From: Chrysomallon squamiferum
Lineage: Eukaryota; Animalia; Mollusca
Direction of reading: 5' to 3'
Assembly (NCBI GenBank): GCA_012295275.1
Contig: CM022670.1
Coordinates: 25,854,001-25,918,000, forward strand
Length of the DNA stretch: 64,000 nucleotides
Of this stretch, positions 34,869-49,699 are shown one piece after another. The notes under the pieces were generated by a model that saw only the letters and a list, made by a program, of their open reading frames with translations, made no database searches and was not told the origin of the DNA. The position numbers and the translations under genes are program-made. Every line of letters starts with the position of its first letter. Position 1 is the first letter of the stretch.

Positions 34869-37800
34869 TTTTTATATCTCTTTTGAACATATTTATCATT
34901 TTATATAACATTGTATGCATATGTCCTTTCTTTTTTCTCTCCATTGTCCTTTTCTTTTGAACATTCTCTCCCTTTTTTTTACTTTCCTATCCTTACAACT
35001 CTATCTCTTTCTATCCACAACTCTATCTCTCTTTATATATAAAACATTTTTCTTAAGAACTGCATTATTCTCACTATCTTTCTATATCAGTCTATCCTCC
35101 TCTCTCTATCTCTTAGTATATAGTATTTTTCTTTAGTACTGCACTATTCTCACTATCTCTCTCTATCTCTGTCTATTCACCTTTTTATCACTTTCTATAA
35201 AGTAGTTTTCTATACTACTACCCTATTCTGTCTGACTCTCTCTCTCTTTCTCTTTCTCTTTCTCTTTGTTATTGTTCACAAATTTGCAAACAAACAAAAG
35301 CTGTCTGTCATTAGTGGAGGAGACATGATAGGAAGGAACTGTTTCCAGTCTGTGTTGTGTTTTTGATATCCCTTCACAACATTAACTGTTTGTGACACCT
35401 GTTGGTGGATGTACATGCTTGTCTGTTCACAATCAATTACTTCTGGCTGCTGCAACATTTTCATATCGTGGCAGCTGTTTGACAAATTGCACGAGGAATT
35501 ACATGTGGGTGACAGGTGAAGCAGCAGAAAGTCTGTTTCCTTTTGTTTTTACATATCACTTCCTTCCACATTAGTTTAAAAATGTCTGCGGGTATTAATT
35601 TAAGGAAAGTATATATATATGTATATGTATATAAATAAGGGTGGGAATTAAAGATAAAATTTGGTTCTTGTATTATTCTTTTTTATAAAATAGAACTGAT
35701 TGAAAATCACACTATATAATTATGAGAGGTTGGCAGAGAGAGGGGAGAGGGAGTGAGAGGGGGAGAGGGAGGAACAGAGGAACACAGGAAGAAAGGGAGA
35801 TAGAGTGAGAGAGAATGTTTATTTTTTCTCGAACAATATTAAAAGGATTTCATTTGCTACTCAGAGATAATTAAATAACCTCTGAAATAATGAAATAAAA
35901 AATAATTATACATCACTTCCTTCCCAGCAAAATAAAAATTTAAATTATGTGCCAACAACTTTATCAAGCTTATACATGCAGGTTTTACTGCTGTCTCATA
36001 ACACAAGTAATAAAATGGTATTAAATTCATGAGGATAAAATGATTAAAACATCATTATGTTCATGGGTTAAGCAGATATGATTATATTACACTGCGGTGG
36101 GGGAGGGTATTTTTTAAATTTTAAATTTTTGTCCCACATATAATGAACATGATCTGAGAGATTAAAGAATTTCAAAAAGGAGATTAGCTTCCTGTGAGAG
36201 AGGACTTCACGAAAAACAAGATAGTAACTAAGTTGATCAAACACTGACACACTGATAAGGTTACCACAAACCTTAATGCACAGAGTACACAGTTGGTGAT
36301 AGGTTGCCACTGAGCAAATATATGGCGAAAGGTTGTCTTAGAACAAAAAAAATGGTAGGTTCTCTCCAATCACTCAAAGAGAAAGAGATAATCTGTAAAG
36401 GTAACAGAGTAAAAACATACTTCACACCTTTAATAAACTAAACACAAACCTGCCTTTTTGTTTCCATAGAAACCATCTGACAACATCATTGCTTTTATTT
36501 TGAATTGCAGACAAAAATAAACCTTATTATATATTACACAGTTTTATTGCTTTCCTAATTATTAATATGATATATGTCCAAGACAAAATGAATTTCACTG
36601 GCATGGAAATTGTAACTGTGTTTTATGTTAACTGCTTCACTTCTTCATGCAAAACAGCCATGGAGCATTGTAAAGTGGGACACACAACACAGACCAGTTT
36701 CATCTTTGAAAATAAACAATAGCAAATAATGCTATTGTCTGAAATCATAGTTTGGATCAAATGAGAAGTATTATATTCTATGCTGTTCTCATTATATTTT
36801 TAAAATTAGGGTCATATGGCATCATATGATACAGGATGATGAAGAAATTTTTTTTTTTTTTTTTTTTTTTTGCCCATCAAAAAGATATAATTATTATTTA
36901 TTGTTGCAGTTCAAATATAAAGTAATGCAAAGTAAATTACAGGTGACAGGTGTTTGAGGAACAATGGAGACAAATGCAATATGTTGTCTACGTACAGTAA
37001 AACTATTTACAGTTCATGTATTAAATTTACTTTAGTGTCTCTTTGTTTTGAAATGAGGTTTACTGATCAAAAGAAATGTATTTTGTTATGTGAATGTGAG
37101 GTCAAGTAAAAAAACAAATTAGTTTAACACATTTCCATTTGAAAAGTGTTCATGCATGCCTGTTATGGCCACAGCCAGTGATTTTGTCATCTGCCTGAGA
37201 CAGGTGTGATTCATTATAGCACTTTGATTACAGAGTAATGCAAGGTAAAACATAGGTAACAGGTGTTTCTCAGACAATGAAAAGGAATGTAATATCAGTA
37301 TGATATGAAAAAAAAAAAATCTACCTTATTTTTTTATATTCATATGAAAAAAATACAACAATTAACTGACTTTAACATAATAAAATAATAATAATTAGAC
37401 CCAGATATCACAGATATAAATAAACTTGAACACACATAACTGTATCTGTTGTCATTTCGTGTACACAAACTAAAGGAGAAACATATGTATACATTCATTT
37501 ATAGAAGTGCAAATTACAAAGTTATAAAGTCATAAATTTGTTTCAGAAAATAACTGGAAGGTAATAGAATACATCATAAATAAATTTCTATTCTGGAGTT
37601 TTGTTAAAGGTAACAAGATAACAAAATTAATCAACAGCTCAACTTGAATGAGATTATGAAAAGAAGATTTTAAAAAATTGCAAAATACCTCAAATTCCTC
37701 AAATAATCATGTTATTTCACTTTATACCCACGATTCAAATCGGTTTCTTTTTTAATTTGTTATTATTATTACTACATAAGAACTAAGAAAGTCAACATTA

Positions 37801-38577
37801 TGTCCTTGAGATATCTTCATTAACTACCAGCCCTGTTACAAGGAAGTGTATTTCACTACATTAACCCACAAACATCACATAGTTTATATACTTGTTTACT
37901 TTTAGTCTACAATAACAACAAAAAAACACAGAGTGTACTGACCTACCATTAAACTGATCACATTTGTCAACAGAAGTTAAGTCAGTATCCATCGTAGAGA
38001 AACCAAGAAACTATTTTTAACAGCTCAGAACATGCAAAATGTCTTCTACAGCAGTACACACACAACATGCACAGCTTAATGCACTGAAAACAGGACCAAC
38101 TGGCACCCACTGAGTGAGTGGCTTACCTTGGCTAAAGCCTTGGATAATCCATTACATAATCCCTGTATTGATTACCTGAATGAAGTGATTAGTGTCGCCA
38201 GGGGCTGGTCACTTCTGGTCAGCGTGAATACCAAGTGGTAGCTACTTCTCAGACCAATTAGACAAATAAGCTAAACAAGCTCATTAATTAAGTCGGGTAT
38301 AAACGATACAAAGGGGGTACTGTTGAAATGTTTGGTATTAAAGGATGTCTGTTTGATATTTCAGAGCCTGTCTTGTTTTTAATTGATGTTGTCAGCTGTG
38401 GGTTTGCTTAAGCACCTGCTAACATATGTGTTTAAACAGGTAAGTAAACTGGTGTCAGTTTTGTATATCTGCACCGATGTACACTTCAACTCTGACATTC
38501 TGCAGGGTTTTTTGTTATTAAAAGAAAATCAATTAGCTTGTGACCAGCTATTTTGTTAACAGCTTAAACAGTAACCA

Positions 38578-38715
38578 ATGGACAGATGGATGATGGGTGG
38601 ATGATTGGATGGATGGATGGATGACTGGATGAATGGATGGATGAATGGATGGATGGATGGATGGATGGATGGATGGATGGAAGGATGGATATTTGGATGG
38701 ATGGTTGGATGGATA
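38578..38715. repeat. (GGAT)n tetranucleotide microsatellite, imperfect
   Basis: Directly visible. Confidence 0.9.
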
Positions 38716-40402
38716 AAGAGAGAAGGATGGAAAGAAACAGATTGGTATTATGAAGAATAAATCAACAGATGGATAGGATGGATGTTAAACATCACCAAAC
38801 AACAAAGCACTTTTTTCATGATTAGTTAACAAATACAGAATAAAATTATAATAAAAATATAAACTGAACCAAATCAAAACACAAAACAAAAAAATTAAAA
38901 AAAAAAAAAATTAAATTTATTTTAAGGAGAAAAAGTAATGTTTAATGAAACCAAATGTCAATTTCCTAAAGTTAATCCAAAACAAAGGGATGTTTTTAAA
39001 ATAAAGTAAATTATAATGCACATTAACAATAATGAAAACAATATCAAAATATTAGATTTGGTGAGTCAGCTGTGGTTGGGATGTGAGAAATCCTGACACA
39101 TCGGACATCAAGAGAGATGTTTGTACAATCACACGTTTGTCAAACAAGACAGAAAAATGTCAGGATGGAATGACAATATTGACAACTTAAACCTCAACAT
39201 GATCTTAAACATGTAAAAAAAAAAGAAACACCTTTTTTTTTTTTTTCATCATTTTTCTCTTTCCTGTTTGTTTTTAATCAGTTATATATATATTTGTAAG
39301 TCAGCTATTTATACTGACTTATTTTAAGTCATTGTATTTTGTTTTTGTTATCTTTAAATGACACCCAATAGCCACCCAGTTTAAAAAAATAATTGTTTAT
39401 TTTTTTTTTGTTTTTGTGCTGGGGTGTCTTTAAACTAACATACTAACTAATCATTAAAATAATAATAACAGCAATAACAATAATACCTGAATAATAATAA
39501 CAATAATAATTATTAATAATAATAGTAACAAAACTGCAAACTGTAGAGACTGGAAGGAAGGGGGATACTTGTTTTTTCTCCCCCATATCTTTATATGTCA
39601 TCTTACACAGGTTATTTAAGTACTATACAGATAAAATTCAGGAAAATTATTGTTAATACATGATAGCTAATCTTTAACATGCAGACAAAAAAGCATAAAT
39701 CGGTCACGAGATAGTAATGGCATACTGGTTTGTTTGAAATTGTTTTTTTGTTTTTTTTGCAGGTTATGAAACAAAATATTAAAATGTGAGAATAAATCTC
39801 ATACTAGAATAAAAGTAAAGATTTTCATATGTATGTGTGTTTGTATTTATCAATGTATGTATGTGTATGTCTGTTTATGTACATGTCTATGTATGTATAT
39901 ATCCATATCCATAATTGTTAAACCAATACTTCCTTTTTATCTTTTTTTTTTAAACCTTTATTATATATTTTTTAAATATTTACATATCCTTTTTTTTATC
40001 TTCTTTATTGATAAAAACAGTGTGACTAACAATAATCTTAAAATAGTTTTCTTATCTGAATACTTGCAGTACCAGTCCTGTTTTGATTTAAAATTCAAAT
40101 TTAATATTTAGATAATACAACACATACCAGTGTTATACAGTGATAAAATAGAATTATAGGTTAAGAAATTTCAGTATAAAACTAGAGATGTGTTTATGTC
40201 ATATATATTACAAAAATATTATAGAAAATATCAAGTTGTGTTAAAAACTTTACAAATGTATGTATAAAACAGTTAATAAATATTTAATCAACAGTTTCAT
40301 TGCAGAAAAGAAAACTTTGAAAGAGAATTAAAATTGTAACATATTTTTATTAATATAAATTATTATGTATATTAAATTTTAAGAACTGTTGACGACATGT
40401 CA

Positions 40403-40437
<35 letters not shown>

Positions 40438-41465
40438 TACACACACACACATATAGACAGACACATGTATACTTATGTATACTTGTGTATACGTGTATAT
40501 TTACACATACATATTTACATATGCACAGGAAGATTTAATAATTATTCAGCAAACTGTTCATTTATAAGATATTACATTCTAATCTAATAAGTACAAATCA
40601 TAAACATTTTTTACAGCTGCAATAAAGTTAATAAACACAAAAATCAATCACACAGAAATCAGATCTTCCTTACCTCAGTGATCCAACTGGTGGTGATAAA
40701 GATCTTTTCTCCTGTGTGTGTGCACCAAGTCAGAGTCCTCAGTGCACACTGATTAACTGAAATATATACAGCACTAACTAAACATGCACAGCCCCTGACA
40801 GACTGAAAAGGAGAGTGGAGGGTCTGAGAAATGGGGCAAACTGCGATTAGGGTCAAACACTGGCTTGTGAAAACACAACAGAACTAACAAATCATGACGT
40901 GCTTTTGGGAAAATAGTATCCATTCACAGCAACTGTTGACTGTGACAATAAGACAATATTGACCTACCCCTGGCAGCGTGTATGGAAATCATATCAGTCT
41001 GACATTTGTCCAGCGAGTCAAGAAAACCAATGATACCTGTTCTCAACTTGTTATTACAAGATGGTATCAGAGAAAGGTAGATGAAGCCAGCATGTTTGTT
41101 TGTGTAGGTATAATGTAAAATGTAGAAAACTAATTGATAGTTTTCTTTTTGTATTGCTGTTGAATTGGGCTTGTTATGTTTTTTGATTCTAAAATTTGTT
41201 GTTATTCATTTTATTTAAAATAATAATTTGTTTCTGTATTTTTCTCTTCTCTTTGTTTTCCTTTCTGCTTTAATCATCTTTCTCTTTATCTCCATCTTTC
41301 TATCTTTCTACCTCTCTGTCTTTTCCTCTGTTTCTTATTATACCATTTCCATCCATTAATCTGCTTTATTTTTTTTTTTTTTTATGTATGCATTTCTAAT
41401 CTTTATCCATCGCTCTGTCTCTATTGAACTTTCTCTTTTTTATCTTTATATTCTGCATCTTTTTT

Positions 41466-41544
<79 letters not shown>

Positions 41545-44500
41545 CTCTCACTAACAAAACACATTTCGTAAGTACATGAAAAACATTATTTCAGTAACGC
41601 CATAAAATAACACATCGCTCACCAACTACATCCATTATTTATATTTTTAGTCCAAATCCAAAACGTTAAACTCACATGTGTATAGAATAAACAAGTTATA
41701 ACAAGATGTTCTGGCTAGTGGTTTAAAATCTCACAAATTACAGACGACTAATCATATCACCTGACTACAAAAACAGAAATAATTGCGAGCTGTCCAGTCA
41801 AGTGGACGACCATGCTCAAGACTGACACAAAATCTTTTCTAAATTGGACAAACGATGGAATTAACATGGAGTCTGGACAACTTTCCTGCTTTCCCAAGAT
41901 CACCAGAACCTTTCGTTCGAAGACAAACAGAGAGCATGGCGCCAGTGTAGTCTTTCTGTCACTGTTTGCCGACTGCCAATCACTTGATGGAAACAGTGCA
42001 GCATGCCAGGGAACTGTGCCGTTCCTCAGACTGGCACAAATGAATAGTTAGCAAAGTGTTTACTCTGATTTGTCCTAATTGGAATTCATCTTTCACAAAT
42101 TCAGTTTCGGCACACGGAGATGGTTTGTGGGATTATTTTGAAACATGACACAAATCTTTCTTAATGATCATATTCTCCCGTGTGAAAGGCCCCTGGACAG
42201 GCTGGAGACTTTTATAAAAATAATAATTAAACTTTTACATTTTTTATTTTTTTATTTTTTTCAAACATCAACTGCACTGCTTTCAAACATTCATGGCTCA
42301 AAAACATGACTTTCATTTAATGAGTTCTTTTTTGTGTTTAAACCTGTTTTTATTGGTTTCTTTATCAATCAGCCAACTATTACAAACATGCATATAACTA
42401 ATACAGGTTAAAGCATGCATGTCTTGGGCATAATGTATGACAGGCATAAAGTATCTCTCTCTCTCTGCTGTTTTTTAATAAATTATTTATTCATTTATTC
42501 ATTCATTCTACTTTTAATATATTAATATTAATGTGTTTTATGCATCATTTCACATTTATTGTTATAATAATATTATAGTTTACACAGAAATGTCTGAACA
42601 CTCCTAACATTCATAACATAAATTTAGAAAATCTTTGAAAACATGAATTAAGTATTACTGCTGGTTACAAAACTAATATAGTTTTACATATTTTGTACAT
42701 TTATTTAATGATAAAAAAAATAATAATGATTAACATGTACTATAATAGTATGTTAATTTTTTTTTAAAACTGAATATTATATATAAATTCATTTAAACCC
42801 CAAAACACTAATTAGAAGTACTTTCACATTCCACAGTTTTTGTAATAAATATTTACATAATTAAAACATGGTATACAGGTTTCGTATTCAGGTAATATTC
42901 TTGATGTGATATTCATTGATCCATGCAACTTGTGAAGTGTTCAAACAACTTCAACCAGTATAAAAGTAATAATAAAAAACAATCAGAGTTAACTTTCGAC
43001 AAGGCAAATTTCTCCCAGATTCTTTACGTTTCAAATAATTGTAAAATAAACATCATGCAAACGGAAAACCATGAAATGTTTGTTTATATTTTACAGAACT
43101 TATAGTCTAAGAATGTGCTTCCTCTTTCCTAATTGAATTTTTAACTGGAAGATTTGTCGGTAATTGGTTTTCTGCACAGTCTTTTCCAAAACAAAATACT
43201 TAGTGTTAAAATATTGTGATTTGAAAAACAGCGATAATTTTCCACCATTGTAAAAATACCTTCAACTCATGGTTATTATAACATGTCACATTGTATACCA
43301 AAGTTATTTTCTTCTAATTTTTTTTTTTTTTTTTTTTTTTTTTCATTTCAGTGATTAATATCATTCAAGGCAATGGATTCAGGGCTTTTAACAGATGGGA
43401 ACTGCCAGTACCCCATGAGAATAATAATTACATGATGATATTAATGTTATGAAGGCAAAATATTGTTCAGTTTTTTGGTATGTCATTTGTTCTGCATCTT
43501 CTGTCTGTCTGTTCTTTTTTTTCTTTCTTTTATGCAAGTGTGTGTTCTGTCTGTCTCTCTGACTGTCTGTATAATGATGAAAAAATTATTTTTTCTTCTG
43601 CATATTTGTATGGATAATATTTTAATTAAAGTGAAAACAGAAACCTGAATATTTATGACAATTTTTTTTTTTAACATAATTGTAAAGATGAAATAAGTTT
43701 CATTATAAAGAAGAAAAAAAAAATGTAGAAGTCATAAATAAAAACTGGACTCAGATGCAATCTACATTTATATAAGACAATTTTGGATATTGCTGAGCTC
43801 CTGATAGTCTCATGTCAGATACAATGATAAAACTGTTTTTCACTCAACACAACACTGCACTGAATATTACAGTTTTCAGTTCAGCCTAACAGCCATTGTT
43901 TCATTCACAGGATTAAAAACATTATTAAAAATTAAAATTCTGTTTTTTTTCGTCATGAATCAGATTCTCAATGCATCCAAGCAGAGAGACAATAACAGAT
44001 GATAAGCTATCTTCCAAACTGGATTACTTTTTATTTTTTTTTTTTTTATTTTTTTTTACAGCTGAACTTATTTCTCTGCATACACAAAATTAATACACCC
44101 ATATGACCGAAATCTATCACAGGTTATACGAACATTTTCACAAATTTATAACTCTGCCAGGCAAGCTTATTTCATTCCCCGACTAATTTTTTTTTTTTTT
44201 TTTTCTCTTCACATTTTTATTTAATGGCAGTGTTCTTGTTGCTTTTGGAAGCAAATGACCAATAAAACTGCAGGAGCTGGAGCCGTTTGCTGCAGTGGAA
44301 TTGCATACAAAAAAAAAAAAAAATCAGCATCACACACTGAAGAAGATTCAAATAGTCGTTAAATTACTTTGGCACGAAATCTAATTTAAATGTTAATGTT
44401 TTGCAGAGTGAAAAAACACACAAACCTAATTATGATGTGATTTCAGAGCTAACATCGGGGACAGTGAAAAAAAAAAAAAAAGATAAAGAAATGAGCCTGA

Positions 44501-44581
44501 AATCATTGATCAACATTGATTTACACCATGCTAATGCTCTGAACAAAAAAGATAGCAGACACTTGTTTATTCTTTGCTCAT

Positions 44582-44641
<60 letters not shown>

Positions 44642-45549
44642 TATTTTGTCACAACAAAAGCTCACTGTCCATTCACAACACTTGTAAATAAACAGTAATT
44701 AATTTTTTAAACTGTACCAATAACAGTAGAAATAAATGATTAATTAATAAAACAGAATGTATTTATCTAAGTTATTATTTTATTGTTTTGGATGTCTAAG
44801 GATCATTTACAACGCAGTATGGCAGTAAAATAATACAGTCATAAAACACTGAAATACCCTCTCCTTACAAATGGAGTCACGATGTGACATCATCAAGTAC
44901 ACAGGACACTGATAGCTGTATTTTTTTTTCTGACATTAGAAAAAACTTAATAGCAAACAGGTTCACCTTGTACATAATATAAGGTCATGAATACTGTAAA
45001 TGGCAAGCCAGAAATTTTTTAAACTGTTTGCTTTTGTTGTTACACTGCATTATTAATTTTGATAAGAAGGGAGAAAAAAAAATAAAAGTTGTTTAAAAAT
45101 GCACAAGGTAGACTATTTCTTTCATTTACTAAAGGTATACTTTAGTCTGTTCTGACTACAAAAAAATAAAAAATAAAAATAATAATAATAAATAATATCA
45201 GTAATGATAAATGACATCAACTGTTTATTTCCCAGCTAAGAACTTTAACCTATTTTTCTTTGTTTCACATGTTTTTCAGTAGCTTTGCATTATTCATCAT
45301 GTCCATCATTTCATAATGTCACAGACCTCTGTGACCTCAAGATACTCAGAACAGTCAAATTTTATATCTCAGTGATATAAAACTAATTTCTAACCAAACT
45401 GATGAAAGAATTATTTTGTGACATAACTTACACCAATAAAAATAATATTCATATTGAGAGGGACAGTTATAATACCTTTCATTAATTAATATATATTTTT
45501 AACATTTTGTAAAATAATAAATATGGATGTAAATATAATTAACATTATT

Positions 45550-45800
45550 TATCAGTGGTAAGGTGTTGGCATGAGACATCATTGATCATGAGATCAGTAT
45601 TCCTTTGTTCTCCAAATAAGCCATTTCCCATTCCGATCTGTGTCTCCTTGCTAGTGTTTAGTCACAAAAGCTGTGGTATGTTTTATCTTTTCTATAGTTT
45701 TATAATTACTTACTTCTACTGAAACAAAATGTACATGGCCATTGCAGCAAATTGTCTCAGTTCTAATTGTGTGGTTCTTTCATAGCTAAGAACCTATATA
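45550..45800 (+). mobile_element. Degenerate tRNA-derived SINE-like relic
   Basis: A-box-like cagtggtaag head and a core (aaagctgtggtatg) shared with the other copies. Confidence 0.45.
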
Positions 45801-48285
45801 TGTCCATAAATTAAGCTTGTTGAAAGTATTATTTTTAAAAAATGAAACAGATTTTTAAAAGTTTTCAATTTTTATTTTATTTTTTCAGTTTTATGTAATT
45901 GTCTTGTACTGCTGTTCTGTTTCATTACAGAATAGATCTATCTGGTTTCCCAGCAGAGTAGACTGGTTCAGTTATAATACTCAGTGATCTACACAGCTTT
46001 ATCAAATCTGCAGCAGAAACATGGCTTTTGTATTAAACTGTATCATATTACAAGTACATTAACTTAGCTAGGTTATTTTTAGGAGAAAAATAACATATTA
46101 ATAATATCAATAATAATAATAATAATAATAAAAAAAATGTCATTAATAATATCATTAACAAAAATATTTACAAGCAGTTATTTTTTTGAGACGCAGATCT
46201 CTTATTTATTTTTGCATAGTTCAAGCAAGCCTGACATGGCTACAACCTCTCATTCATTCCCACTGGACTTTGTTCATAATAATCTGTGTACCTGGTTCAC
46301 AAAGCGGGGGTATCAACGTTGATGACATAACCCACTTGTGTTGCTAAATTTATCTACATCCTAGCAGTCCTATCAGTGGGTCAGTGTACACTTCTTGTCA
46401 CTGCCCAAATCCTCTGCAATACCCTCAGATTTCCCTTGTCACAGCAGCACATGCAGCAGGAAGGGGAAAAAAAAAAATCATGTCTCCTGCTGAAACCTCT
46501 GCACAGCAGAGATAATCACTCTCAGTGTATGATTTAAACAGCACTGGGAACCATCACAATTATTGCCAATGCATATTTCCTCGTCTGGAAGCTTTCAGAA
46601 TGATTGACGCTAATGCACAGCAGTGCCTGACCAAACCTGACCTACAGGCTGAGAGAGATGTGCAGAGAGAGGGCAGCCAGGGAGAGGAGGACTATCTACT
46701 GGACATTAATTTGTCAATTAACATGACACTGATACTGCTATCAGTGATTGTTCTACACCGCTTCACGACAAGGGATTGCATCTCCATCTGCAGACTGTCG
46801 TGTTCAGACAACCCCGAGTTAGCAGTGGTCATGACAAAAATGCTCTGTGACTGATATCTCTTCATGTCTGTCAGATAGATAATGACGAAGAAGATTTGTA
46901 TTAGAATGGGTGATATCATACAGCAGGTCTTTCTTTGCTTGATTTCTCAAGCACAAACATGTTTATAAGCTAATGGGTTTAAGTACGTAAACATCTTTGT
47001 CTGTTGATGAGTTCTGGTTTAATGGCTGCTTTATGCTACCAGATCAATAGGATTTGTGTAATGACATCTTGATACTTAATTTATTATTATTATTAATGGT
47101 TATGAATAAAAGGTTTCAAACAATGAACATGAAAACAGATAAACCATTCAGGAGGTACAATTTGAATGTGATACTGCTCAATAGATACATTCAAAAGCAC
47201 TGGTCCAGTAATACATTATTGTCTCAGCCCCATGCTAAAGTTTAAAAGTTCCTTTAGTTAGGTAGAACTAAATATGCCTTCATACAGACCGGAAACCATT
47301 CATGAGTTTAGAATGTGCAAATTAAAAATTCAGTAGGCATATTCAAAAGCACTGAACTGTTCTATGACTATGGAGTTTCTTTAGTAAGAAAAACATTCAA
47401 CAAATTCTCAGCTTATTTAATGTCATAAAGGGAAATCATATCTGTGACAAATAACCAGTCTACTGAGTTTTTAAAATTAATTATATTTTTATATGTAATA
47501 ACTAAAACTGGAAGACTGTCACTTATAGTAAGCTCTTGTAATGTAACCTTGAAAAATAATGTAATCTAAATTTCAATCTTTCCTGGCTGGTCAATAGAAA
47601 ATTCAATATAGAATTAATGAATTTTTTACATACACACATAAAATACACTACTATGTATATGACAGTTTAGAAATTATTTAAACAATATATGCTTAAGTGT
47701 GATAGTAACAATAATCTATCTAATTATCTACTTAAAATGAAAAATGCAACAACTACAGATTAACTATTCAAGATATATGAAGCGGTCAAGATTTAATTAA
47801 CTATATTATCATTACAGTCATCTACATAGTGTATATATTATAGCAAAGTTCTTCTCTCTCTCTTTTTATCTTTTTCTTTTTTTCTCTCTGTATATATGTG
47901 TGTGTGTGTGTATAATATTATATATTGCAATGTACATAAATAAATATTAAATATACCAATAAGAACATAATTAATTTTAAAAAGGAAGACATTAATAAAA
48001 AGATATCAAAAAACTATATTTTAAAGGTTATACTATAAGTATCAGTCTCATAGAAGTAAAACATATAAAACCAAATTAATATCACAAACGACGTAGTTGT
48101 CACGTTTTCCTTCTCGCAAAACAAAACCTGCATACTGAACATTGTGTAATTATGCTATTTATTAACAATGCGTTCTGGACTAAATAAAAGCATCATACAA
48201 CAAACAATACATTAGTAGATAAAAAAATGCACTGGCATTAGCATAACTGTATCACAAGCTGTGAAATAAACAAAACAAAACTCAC

Positions 48286-48620
48286 CAAATCCGGTATAGA
48301 AGTTAAAAGGTGTGATCTTGTGACTCTACGATCAAAATTACCGCAGTTACGCTCTATTTATTTATTTATTTATTATTTCACGAAGATTCCTTAGACACAC
48401 ACCTGACAAGACACGTGAATGTGGTAAACAGTGTTATATTACAGAAGTATACTCAAATGTATGTTATCTGATAAATGTACTGCGCACAGAAATTTAAATT
48501 AGAACTGAGCGTAGATTTTGTAACCTGAGAGAGGTGAATGATGTGTGACGTCATTTACTGCGCTTGGGGGAAACCCATTTTCAATTTCCCCAAATAATTT
48601 TGTATAAAATGACTTAAGCG
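48286..48620 (-). promoter_or_regulatory. Candidate promoter and non-coding first exon of paralogue B
   Basis: Donor TTG|gtgagt at 48286/48285; local CpG enrichment; perfect CRE TGACGTCA (48546-48553) and kB-like GGGGAAACCC...AATTTCCCC (48567-48590). Confidence 0.5.
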
Positions 48621-49088
48621 CTGTTTATGTTAATGTTTGTTTGGTTGTTGTTTTTTTGTTTGTGTGTGTGTGTGTGTGGTTTTTTATCTGTTTTTAAAAA
48701 TAATAATGCTAAAGTGTATTAATTTTAAAATATAGCTTTATACATGTTAACGGGCCTTACAATAGTAAAAAAATACTAATAATAGAATTAAATAATTAAA
48801 TAACTAAATAAATAAATACATTAATTAATTAAATTCAATAAAATAAAATACAATTTAAATAACATTTTAAAATTTAAAAAAAAAATTGTATATTCAGAAT
48901 AAATTAGAAAATAGTTTATATTAAAAATACATTATAACAAAAAATCGCAAATAAACGTTATTTAATTTTAAATAATAAGAACTCGTCAAACTAAAGTTTT
49001 ATTATTAAAATTTTAAATAGAATGTTAACTAATAAAAAGTATATATGTATATATATTATAATTAGAAAAGCAAAAAAAGAAAATGCTC

Positions 49089-49136
<48 letters not shown>

Positions 49137-49278
49137 TAAATAAATAAAATAAAATAATTATATGCACATTATTCCATTACCATCATTCCAAGAGTCTAAA
49201 CACGATAAATGAAGATGCACAGAAGACTAGGAATACAAAACACAGCAGTTCTACTAGCAAGCCTGACGTTTCATACAA

Positions 49279-49414
49279 AAATAAAACTGAATCACAACAG
49301 TATTACCCTGTGAGTGGCTGTTAGGATTTAAACAGTTCTTCACTCAAATAAAACTGAATCACAACAGTATTACCCTGTGAGTGGCTGTTAGGATTTAAAC
49401 AATTCTTCACTCAA
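49279..49414. repeat. 67-bp tandem duplication (2 units)
   Basis: aaataaaactgaatcacaacagtattaccctgtgagtggctgttaggatttaaaca(g/a)ttcttcactc x2. Confidence 0.92.
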
Positions 49415-49501
49415 TACTGTAACTCCTGCAGCACAGATATGTACACTGATGTTGTATGTAATATGTATATATGTGTGTGTGTGTGTGTGGACATTTTTTT
49501 A

Positions 49502-49537
<36 letters not shown>

Positions 49538-49637
49538 TGTGTGTGTGTGTGTGTGCCTGTGTGTGTGTGTGTGTTTGTTTGTATGTGTGTGTGTGTGTTT
49601 GTGTGTGAGAGTGTATTTGTATGTGGTTGTGTGTGTT

Positions 49638-49699
<62 letters not shown>

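Noticed and set aside
41812-46919. ORFs 41812-42051, 46525-46854 and 46692-46919 in GC-richer patches
   Set aside because: No recognisable domain and no consistent splice-phase chain; more likely enhancer-like or neutral sequence.
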